This document shows, piece by piece, positions 46,119 to 55,100 of a stretch of 64,000 nt of DNA. This DNA is from Carpediemonas membranifera BICM. Its lineage: Eukaryota > Protista > Fornicata. Below the pieces are notes generated by a model. The model saw only the letters and a list, made by a program, of their open reading frames with translations. It was not told the origin of the DNA and searched no databases. Every line of letters begins with the position of its first letter. Position 1 is the stretch's first letter. Position numbers and translations under genes: made by a program. The stretch lies in contig JAHDYR010000038.1 in assembly GCA_019828565.1 (NCBI GenBank), forward strand, positions 388,735 to 452,734, read 5' to 3'.

Positions 46119-46313
46119 TCACGTCGCCGTCCTTATTACATAGAGATCGAAAAACGTCATTAGAAGCCTCAATTCGGCTTCGTTCGCGAGTTCTCGCGTT
46201 TTTTGCTCTCGACGGTGCGACGTTCTCTCTCGCGGCTGCAAAAGGCCGCGTTCATCCTTAATAACATCAATCGGGCTTGAATTAGCCGTAAAACAGTGTC
46301 TTTCAGGTTCCAT
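46119..46313 (-). CDS. Element B small ORF3
   Basis: Homologous to 45011..45254; same position and orientation within the element. Confidence 0.5.
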   Translation of the reverse strand: MEPERHCFTANSSPIDVIKDERGLLQPRERTSHRREQKTRELANEAELRLLMTFFDLYVIRTAT

Positions 46314-46380
46314 TGAGGTTGGTTGCTACTTCTTTCGAGTTGTTGTTTTCTCAGTGAAAACGGGAAGTGACGAACGAGCA

Positions 46381-47628
46381 ATGTCCGACGTACGTGAGCA
46401 GATTACGCAGATGCTGGCGCTATTTGATGAGGAGAAAGCCCGAAAGGCCTTCAAACGCTTCTTGAACCGCTATCTCGATCGTGCCCGTTTTTTCAACTCA
46501 GCCAGCGACTACCACGCTTTGTTCAGCGCACCTGCTCCTACAAACGTGACATCTATCCGGGACACCTCTACTGAGAGCGTTACGAGTGCTCCGGTCACTT
46601 CTTGTGTGCGTTCGCCGACGCCGGGCGGTGACGAAAGCCCGGAGGAGGCTGAGACGGTGAGTTGTGATGCTGGCTCTCCACGTGAGAGCCGTGGTGACTC
46701 GTGCGAGGCCGAGACCGCTCGTAGCGATGATGAATCCCGGCCGACGGGTCACGGCGACTCGGGGTCGGGGAGTGAGGAAACCGAGGTCTCGCCGCTCTTC
46801 TCTCTGGAGGAGATGATCACCGCTGTTGCCGCAGAGGGCGTGAGTTACATCACTCTAGACATGTCTGGTACCTTGCGGGCGCTCCGCGCCGGGATGCTCA
46901 ACTCATATGGGCATCTCGCCGCAACGGAGAACTCTTCTTCCGTTGCGCGTGACATCTGTCGCGATGGTCTCGTGTTGCTGGCGCTATCGCGCGAGTACCA
47001 CACTCGGGCTATGTGTGGTCGGCCTGGCGATCCCACCGATCAGGATCTGGTGGCTTTGCACCTCTGCCGCCTCGACGCGACCTCGCGTACGCTCTGTCAT
47101 CAGGGTTTGCGCGAGCGTATTCAGCTTCTCTCGGGGCGTGGTTACACCGTCATGACCCCTCATCTGCGCCGCGCCATAATGTTAGGTAATGACCCAGACC
47201 TGTATGACATGATGGTCGTGGGCCATGCGCAGGGCATCCTAGACGCTGCTGACGTGCGAGAGTTCAGCCGCCAATACATTGAAGCAATCCGGACCCCCAC
47301 TGGTTTCGGTCATGTGCGCCACTCTTTGATGGACAACTTCCTGTTCGATGTCCCCAGCAATGACGTCCTGCCCGTCGCGCTCGATCATAACGAGCCACGT
47401 CGTGTGTATGTGCTTGAGGCAATCGTTGGCCACCATCTGCATGAGAATTCCCTGCGTCTGCTCGTGCACTATGCTCGACGCGAGTACAGCTCGATTATCC
47501 TGGCAACCGAGGCAATCCGTGATAGTCAGGCTGGGGTCAAGTTCTTTGCTGCTCATCCCGAGCTAGTTCGCTATTGTACCCGGTCTGAGGACGCGAACGG
47601 TGCTCTCAGCGGGGGTGTTTTGGAGTGA
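46381..47628 (+). CDS. Element B antisense accessory protein (415 aa) with C-terminal chromodomain-like region
   Basis: Intact ORF convergent with pol of B; YVLEAIVGHH....LRLLVHYARREYS. Confidence 0.8.
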   Translation: MSDVREQITQMLALFDEEKARKAFKRFLNRYLDRARFFNSASDYHALFSAPAPTNVTSIRDTSTESVTSAPVTSCVRSPTPGGDESPEEAETVSCDAGSPRESRGDSCEAETARSDDESRPTGHGDSGSGSEETEVSPLFSLEEMITAVAAEGVSYITLDMSGTLRALRAGMLNSYGHLAATENSSSVARDICRDGLVLLALSREYHTRAMCGRPGDPTDQDLVALHLCRLDATSRTLCHQGLRERIQLLSGRGYTVMTPHLRRAIMLGNDPDLYDMMVVGHAQGILDAADVREFSRQYIEAIRTPTGFGHVRHSLMDNFLFDVPSNDVLPVALDHNEPRRVYVLEAIVGHHLHENSLRLLVHYARREYSSIILATEAIRDSQAGVKFFAAHPELVRYCTRSEDANGALSGGVLE

Positions 47629-47661
47629 GATAAAGGTTTGGATTGAGTAGCTGCTGAAGGT

Positions 47662-50600
47662 TTACAGACCGGCTCGCTTGGCCTCGTCTGACTTCAGGAA
47701 TATGTCTAGCGCCTCTAGGTCCTTGACTGACGAATAGTCTTGCCACGTAGCCTCTTCGTCTTCGCACCCAGCCCAATGGACGAGGTATTCCCGCTTGGAC
47801 ATCGGGCCTCGACCTCGAGATCGACTGATTCGCTCAACTTCCCACTCGTCGTCAGCCGTGGCTGCGAGTGCTTTGATCTGATCTTCTGTCAGCCTGCCGG
47901 GATTGAACTTCCGAACTCTCGATGCGTCTACCGTGATCGCTTTCGAGTTGTCCTTCTCAGCTAGGTCTAAAACCTTATACGCGACAACGACACCGTGTTG
48001 TTTCACTCCGGCGAGCCTTCGCATTGGCCCTCTCCATCCAGGTGACAACTTGTTCGGTGGTCTAGAGGGGTACTTGACTAGGACGAACCTGCTAATAATC
48101 TCATTCCTCGAGGCAGTAGCCTTTGCGAGGGCGTCCTCTCTCATCGCCTGGACTCGGCTGCTGGCGAGTTGGACAGCCGCTGCGGCCGCTTCCCTGTGAG
48201 ACTCACTCGCGCTCGCTGTACTAGAATCAGTCACATACACGTTCTGTGGTATTCTCAGGTCGTACCCGAGAACTATCTCGGCTGGTGACAGGCGTGTAGA
48301 CGTGCGCGGGGATGAATTAACGATGAACTGGGCGACAGGTAGATTCTCGATCCAGGTTGACCCTCTGAGCTGAAACTTACGCGCCTTGAGGATGCGTAAT
48401 ACTTGCTGGTTGGCGCGCTCTACCATCCCATTGGATTGCGGGTGGTGAGCCGTGGTAATATGGATCTTGAACCCCATCTCATCTGCGATGCGCTTGAAGA
48501 GTTGGTTCTTGAACTCTGGTCCTCCGTCGGATTGGAGAACCTCAGGGCACCCGAAACGCAATATCCAGTTGTTGACCAGGGCGTCCGCTGCTGCCGCGCC
48601 GGTGGTACTCGAAGATGCGACTAGCTCAGTCCACCGACTGCACATGTCGATCATGACTGTGATGTAAGCCTTGCCGTCGACGGAGGGGAAAGGCCCCATC
48701 GTGTCAACTGCCACCCTACGGAACGGGCGATCTACGGCTGTGTGCAATCCTGACGGGCTGTCAACCGGAGGGCGTCTAATCACCTGGCACACCGGGCAGT
48801 TTTCGATGACCTTGCTGACAGTCTCACGTGATACTGACTTGCCTTGGTCCTTGAGTCGTTCAGTAACTACACGTCGGGAGAGGTGGGCCCCGGCGGTGAG
48901 GTGTTCTGCTTCAACGTCATCTTCTGATGCGGACTGCATAACGTACACTCGCGATAAGCCGTCTGCCCCACCGTTATCAAGGCCAGCGACGTGCTTGACG
49001 TCGAAGTCCATGTCGGACATAGCCTCAGCCCATCTGCGGACCTTGGCGTTAGTCGACTTGTACATGTAAATCAGGTTGCGATGGTCCGTGAGAAGGGTGA
49101 ACTTTCCCCAGGAGAGGTACTTGTTCCATCGCTTAATGGCGGCGACGATGGCGAATGCCTCCTTCTCTCCGACCGACCATCGCGATTGCACTTGGTCAAA
49201 GGCCTTGCTCATAAAGCACACGGGTTGGCCTTCCTGCAATAGCACAGCGCCAACTCCTGACGCGTCGGTCATGATGGTGTGTTCCTTGGACGCATCGAAG
49301 ATGGCGAGTGCTTCTGCTTGGGCGAGGAGTGTCTTGACTTTGCGTAGGGCTTGCTCTTGCTCGTCGCCACCCAGCGGGATCTTGGAGGCCATCGCTTGAG
49401 TTAAGGGGTGTACTACTTCTGCGAAACCAGGGACATGATCCCGGAAATAGTTAAGAAATCCGACGAGCGCTTGCATTCCCTTGACCGACTTAGGCATTTC
49501 GAGATCCAGGATGTCTTGAATGCGGTCCGCTGCGATGCGTTGACAGCCATGGGATATGACCCTGCCCAGGAACTCGACCTCGGCCCTCGAAAACTGGCAC
49601 TTGTCACGGTTGAGTTGTAACTTGATCTGTCTAGTACGCTGCAGCACGCTCTCCAGGTTCTTGAGGTAATCCTCCTCGTTTTCCCCGAAGACAATGATAT
49701 CGTCGATATAGATATAACAGGCGTGACCAACCAGTTCGGCGAAAGCCGACTCCATGGCACGCTGAAAGTGAGCTCCTGCGTTCCTTAGCCCGAAGGGCAT
49801 CCTAGTGTATTGATATTGACCTAGAATGGTGGTGAACGCAGTGTACTTGCGGCAGCGTTTGGTCAGTTCGACCTGGTGATAACCCGACGACAGGTCTAGT
49901 GTGGCGAAGATCTTCTTGTTGGGTAGTTGGGCGATCACCTCGTCGATCATTGGGATCGGGTAGTCGAAAGTGGGGGTGATCTCGTTGATCTGCCGGAAAT
50001 CCACGACGAAGCGCGACTTCCCGCCCTTCTTCGGCACCGTCATGGCCGGGGATGCGTACGGTGAGTTGCTTCTCTCGATAAACCCCTTCAAGGACAGCTC
50101 GTCGATGTGCTCCCGTATTATGTCGACCTTGGCTGGTGGGACGAAGTATGGTCTGGCGTTGACCACTCGGTCCTCGCGTAGGATGAGGTCATACGGCTCG
50201 AGGCGGCTGGGTTCGCTACGGTCCTCGAACACGTCGCTATAACGTCTGATTAGCTCGGCCTGCCGGTCGATGCTGGTCTGCGACAAAGAAAACAATGGTG
50301 CCTGATACTTGTACACGTCCGGAATCTCGATCTCGTCATCATCTTGCTCGTCTGTGTAGGCTTGGGGAAGGATTCCCAGTGCTACCATGTCTGGATATCC
50401 GATAATCATGTCGAACTCAGTGTCAAGTAGCAGCATACGTGGCTTGTAGGAGCACGCCTTGGGTGTAAACGCTGACGCTAGCAGTCTTACGTCGCCTTCA
50501 ACAGCGCCTTGCGCGTGAAGAATACCCTTGTTGGCGGTACGGATCGGAATAACCTCGGAGCTAACTTTTGTCAGCTTGGACGCCCACGTGCTCTTGATGA

Positions 50601-51606
50601 TCGTGACTCCGGCACCTGAATCAAGTAGAGCAGTGAGGTTGTGACCATTAATCTGGACTTTGATCAAGGGAACAGATGGCTTAGTCTCGGTCTCGCCCTT
50701 AGTCTTTGACGGTTCGCCCTCGGCCGGTGACTCCTTGGAACTTAAAACACACACGCACTTGGAGGATTTACAGTAATCCTCCAGGTGGCCGACACGACCA
50801 CACTTCTTACATGTGTGCTTGGGCTTCTTACACTTGAACACCGAGTGACCCTTGCCACCGCAGTTATAGCAGGTGTAGTTAGAGTAGTCCTTTGCCGGCT
50901 TCTCCTTCTTGATTGCCTTGTGGCCCTTGTTGGTTTCAGCCGACCGGTTATCGGACGAGGGCTTCTTCGGGATCACAGACGAGTCGTGTCTGCGGTCATG
51001 GCGGGACGTGTAGGGTTGACGAGAGGGAGCGTCTTCGAAAGCGCTTAGTAGATCCCGTGACTCTTGGACTTCACGTGCTAGGGCTAGGATGGCGGGCATA
51101 GCCTTTTCCAGAGGCTGGTCCTCGATGAGCTCTTGGATGCGGTACATGGCCTTGGGGTTGCTCTTAAAGGCACGCGTATACGCCTCCTTGAGGTTGTCCT
51201 CGTTGAGGGACTTCCCATCGAACAGGGACAAGAGGAGAGTGAACTTCCGATTGACGCGTGCGACCTGTACCGTGTCGAAGCTGTTGGCTCTTAGACGGAA
51301 CAGCTGGAGGCGTGAGGTCTTGGTTCTGGGTTGCAGGGCTTGTCCGAGCCGCTTGAGAGTTCTCTGATCCTTCAGATCGCGGATGTTCTTCCTTGAGGCT
51401 ACTAGGGGAGTGTGATCGTCGTCTTCGTCCTGCGTAGTGGATAGGATCGTGGCAATGAGGTCTTGTACCGAGCTATCAATCAAGTCTGAGATATCCCGAT
51501 GGCCTCCGTAAGCGCGATAGTCGCGGAAGGCCTCGGCGAAAGTGATGAGAGCCTCAACTGACGGAACCGTTAGTAGAGGAGGTATAAGGCGTTTCTTATC
51601 GTTCAT
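47662..51606 (-). CDS. Element B single-ORF gag-pol (1314 aa) with integrase chromodomain
   Basis: CYNCGGKGHSVFKC, CKKCGRVGHLEDYC, LLDSGAG, YIDDII, TDASGVG, integrase core, EWEVERI...YLVHWAGCEDEEATWQ. Confidence 0.95.
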   Translation of the reverse strand: MNDKKRLIPPLLTVPSVEALITFAEAFRDYRAYGGHRDISDLIDSSVQDLIATILSTTQDEDDDHTPLVASRKNIRDLKDQRTLKRLGQALQPRTKTSRLQLFRLRANSFDTVQVARVNRKFTLLLSLFDGKSLNEDNLKEAYTRAFKSNPKAMYRIQELIEDQPLEKAMPAILALAREVQESRDLLSAFEDAPSRQPYTSRHDRRHDSSVIPKKPSSDNRSAETNKGHKAIKKEKPAKDYSNYTCYNCGGKGHSVFKCKKPKHTCKKCGRVGHLEDYCKSSKCVCVLSSKESPAEGEPSKTKGETETKPSVPLIKVQINGHNLTALLDSGAGVTIIKSTWASKLTKVSSEVIPIRTANKGILHAQGAVEGDVRLLASAFTPKACSYKPRMLLLDTEFDMIIGYPDMVALGILPQAYTDEQDDDEIEIPDVYKYQAPLFSLSQTSIDRQAELIRRYSDVFEDRSEPSRLEPYDLILREDRVVNARPYFVPPAKVDIIREHIDELSLKGFIERSNSPYASPAMTVPKKGGKSRFVVDFRQINEITPTFDYPIPMIDEVIAQLPNKKIFATLDLSSGYHQVELTKRCRKYTAFTTILGQYQYTRMPFGLRNAGAHFQRAMESAFAELVGHACYIYIDDIIVFGENEEDYLKNLESVLQRTRQIKLQLNRDKCQFSRAEVEFLGRVISHGCQRIAADRIQDILDLEMPKSVKGMQALVGFLNYFRDHVPGFAEVVHPLTQAMASKIPLGGDEQEQALRKVKTLLAQAEALAIFDASKEHTIMTDASGVGAVLLQEGQPVCFMSKAFDQVQSRWSVGEKEAFAIVAAIKRWNKYLSWGKFTLLTDHRNLIYMYKSTNAKVRRWAEAMSDMDFDVKHVAGLDNGGADGLSRVYVMQSASEDDVEAEHLTAGAHLSRRVVTERLKDQGKSVSRETVSKVIENCPVCQVIRRPPVDSPSGLHTAVDRPFRRVAVDTMGPFPSVDGKAYITVMIDMCSRWTELVASSSTTGAAAADALVNNWILRFGCPEVLQSDGGPEFKNQLFKRIADEMGFKIHITTAHHPQSNGMVERANQQVLRILKARKFQLRGSTWIENLPVAQFIVNSSPRTSTRLSPAEIVLGYDLRIPQNVYVTDSSTASASESHREAAAAAVQLASSRVQAMREDALAKATASRNEIISRFVLVKYPSRPPNKLSPGWRGPMRRLAGVKQHGVVVAYKVLDLAEKDNSKAITVDASRVRKFNPGRLTEDQIKALAATADDEWEVERISRSRGRGPMSKREYLVHWAGCEDEEATWQDYSSVKDLEALDIFLKSDEAKRAGL

Positions 51607-51624
51607 GGCTTGAATTTCTAGAAA

Positions 51625-51745
51625 TGTAGTCCGTTAGGGACAAGAAAGCTTTACAGGGAAAAGAGACGACACCAAATGTGTCGACAGAAACCTGAAGACG
51701 ATGTAAATAATACAACTATGTAAATATTGGGTAAGACCCACGACA
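51625..51745 (-). repeat. 5' LTR of element B
   Basis: Identical to 39170..39290; followed by the AACG TSD. Confidence 0.95.
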
Positions 51746-51749
51746 AACG

Positions 51750-52131
51750 AGGCGACATGATGCTCCTTATGTGCGGGAAGCTCAAGTCTAAGACTGCCGC
51801 GAGCAGTCTATCGGCGCTCGTTCATGCCGAGATGCCCGAGGCTACGCAGTTCATCGACTCCCTACGCTCCGCGCAGGCTAGGGACGAAGAGCTACTCACC
51901 GCCGAAAGGCAGACGAGCAAGCCCCTCCAGGCTGAGATCGAGAGCCTGAAGGCCAAGAACAAGGCGCTTGCGGCCAACCAAGTGGGCCAGCGGCGTCGTA
52001 CGCGAGGAGGGAGGGGCGGTCGGAGCCGGCAGGCGAGTGGGAAGGATGTAAAGAGTCGTAAGTACTGTTCCTTTAATAGTCAAAGCGGGACTCAGACTCC
52101 CCCACCATCCCCCCGGGCTTCGAGCAGGTAA
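51750..52131 (+). CDS. 3' part of the non-LTR element's N-terminal ORF (coiled coil, Arg/Gly-rich)
   Basis: In-frame continuation of 38742..39169; overlaps the RT frame, which is open from 52080. Confidence 0.65.
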
Positions 52132-55100
52132 CCCTCGCCCGCCTGACTCAGGTGGAGTCCGCCCGGAGGCCGGAGTCCACGCCCGCACCCGCGCCCATGC
52201 CCGCACCCGCGCCTGTGCCCACGCCTACGCACGCGCCCACGCCCGCACTTACGCCCGCGGGAAACAATGGCGCGCCAGGAAGCCCAGCGGCAGAGGCACC
52301 AGCCTCTGCTCAGCGAGCACGGAGACCGGTCCGAGCGAGGAAGGTCAAGCTCCCGTACACCCCACCCTCGCCCCGCCGAAGAGCTCCGCGGGCGGTTGGC
52401 ATCCCGGTCGCCCGGTTGACATCGAGGGCAGCAGAGGGCGACCAGGCACACGCAGCCCGTGTCGAGCTTGGGGCGTTCCTGACCCCATCGCCCAGGCCAG
52501 ACCTCCACCGCATGTCCCGCACATCCAGCCCAACGTCGGATTACGAGTCCTCGTGGGGCGGCGAAGGTGAGGAGACAGACTCCGAGGCCACGGTGATAGA
52601 CCAGAGCGCATCATCAGAGGACCCTGACGATGATACGGAGGAATATGAGGACCCCCAAGCCTCCCGGTCTGGTCCTGACGGAGAGGCACACACGGGCGGG
52701 AACCACACTGAAATGCCGGAGGAGCTTGAGTTAAGCCCCGATGAAAGTGACAGCGGCGATGACGGCGGACAGGAGTATTACCCTACTGACGACGCCCCCT
52801 CAGAAACCGATGAGGTGAGCGTAACAGAGCCTGACGCTGCAGGCTCGGCCACCGAGGCCCCAACCTTCATCCTTGGCTCTGACGAAGACTACGAGTCCTT
52901 GTCGGGAGGCGGGGCAGAGGGGTCCAGCGATGACGAGCCCGACTTCACCTCCGCGACATGCCCCATACGCCTGCCGGGCGTACCAGACGCCGCAACCGGC
53001 AGGGACCTCCGACACCTGCTGGTGGCTGCGACGGCGGACCAGATTAGCAGATACTGCGGGTGCCAGGAGTTACCACGCATCTGCAGAGAATGCGGGATGG
53101 TCTTCCGCCATGGCGGCCACGCAATCTGGCGCCGGCACGTCAATGTGGATCAATGTGACGACAGCAGGCTCGCCAACCGCATCACAGCAGCGTCCATACA
53201 GCTTGAGATGGCGGCGAGAGTCGGACACCGAGCCCCACATATGGCCCAGACCCACCTGCCCCAGAGACCACGCGGCGTCGTCCCCCACAGCGAGCTCGCA
53301 CCAGCAGGCACAGCGCTGGCCGGGAGATCCCTGGGTAGAGCACGCATGCTCGGGAGCATGAACCTGTCTGCAGACAGCAGGGCAGTCATCACCTCGAAAT
53401 TGAGTCAGCTCAGAGCGTTCATGGCGGGACACCCACAGGAGGGCGTCGACCGCGCGATGGAGACGGTCGCAGTGCTCATCAGGTGCCTGCCACACAGCGG
53501 GAAGTTCGCTGCGGTCGGCTTCCGAAATGCCATCAGACGGGTAATCCGCAACATCCCTGCCACCCCCCGCACCGCCGCATCCCGGCAGAGGAGACAGGTT
53601 GAGAAGGCAGTGGACTCTTTCATGCTTGGACAGGTCGGAAAATCACGGAAGCTTCTGGCACCACGCCATGAGTCGGCATGGTCGGAGGACCAAATAGTGG
53701 CGGAGGTCCACAGGCTCTTCCCGGCAGACCGTGCTGATGAGATCGTACCCCTCCCACGCACAACGGTGGCTCGAGCGGAGTCCCTGAAATGGGCCAGCCC
53801 ACCGCCCACACTACCGAGGGACCTGCCGACCCGAGAATGCGAGGAGATCATGACCGGCCTGGACGGCACCAAAGCGGCGGGACTGTCAGGATGGTCGAAC
53901 AAACACATCTTACAGCTCCTGGGCCGGCATCTCGCCACCGACACGAGGAGGAACGCCCGACGTCTGAGGCCAGCCGACTCCAACAAATCGGTAGTCAGCG
54001 CAATGACCGAGATTGTCTCCTGCATCGTGAGGGGTGAGTCGTCCTGCAGACCGTTGACGCAGGCATACCTCTCGATGCTGCCAAAGCCGAACGGTAGCCT
54101 GAGGCCAATAGGGGTGAACGAACCGTTCTACGTGATCGCAGGCAAATACCTCGCTAAGCTTGCTCTCGGGCACCTGAAGCCAGACGACAGCGGGGACGAC
54201 CCGGCCGGGGCACTGCCGGACTGGCTGCCGGAACAATATGGCCTGGGCGGCCGGAGCGACGTGGAGAAACTGATCGACCGTGTCGACAAGGCATACCGGG
54301 CTGGGAAGTATATCGTCATAGCGGACTTCACGAACGCCTTCAACGAAGCGAACCGTCACACGATGAAGGCCATGGTTCATGAGTACGCGCCGGCCCTTAC
54401 TGACTTTGTCGACCAGTTCTACGACGACCCGCGCCTCTACTACGAGACATACGGCGCGGCTGGCACAACCGCGCGGTGGGTGGACGTCAAACGCGGGACC
54501 ATCCAAGGAGACGCTCTTGGCCCGCTGCTGTTCTCCTTCGTCATGCGCTGCATACTCGACGAGCTCACCGAGGCGGCTCCAAATGAACGCTTTGCGTACC
54601 TGGATGATGTCGCCAGTATCCACAGCACGGCTGGCGACGCCACGGCTGAGATCGCCACGCTCACGCGCATCGCGTCGAAGTATGGTCTCCGCCTGAACAT
54701 GGCGAAGACGGTGATCCTCGCCCACCCGGACGTACACGACGCAGGACACCCATTCGTACATGCGTGGGAATACCTCGGGGTGACCATCGGCCCGACCACG
54801 AGCCGCGTTACAGCGGTGCAGGTTACGGCTGAGAAGGTTATTGACGAGCTCAGCTGGCTGTGTGGAATTATCGAGCAGTCGACGGGGCACGCGAAAAACC
54901 AGGTGTCCTGGATGTGTCTGCACATCATCCGCAAATGCATCAGCGCGGACCTGAATTTCATGTTCAGGACGAACGCACCGAATGTAGCCATCGCTGAGAG
55001 GTTAGAAGCCAGCCTCATCGAGGTGGCGAGGGTCATAGCGAACTCCCCAGCCGGCTGGGAGAGCGCGAGGTTAGATGCACTGTGGCAGAAGCCGAGTGAC

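Larger units (their letters stand above)
39170..51745 (-). mobile_element. Ty3/gypsy chromovirus element B (~6.1 kb without the nested element A)
   Basis: Identical 121-bp TG..CA LTRs at 39170..39290 and 51625..51745; AACG TSD; PPT GGAGGGGCGG; gag-pol 47662..51606. Confidence 0.95.

Noticed and set aside
52128-52151. Apparent 24-nt intron GTAACC...CTGACTCAG linking ORF1 to the RT ORF
   Set aside because: Splicing keeps the ORF1 frame rather than entering the RT frame, and that frame soon hits a stop.
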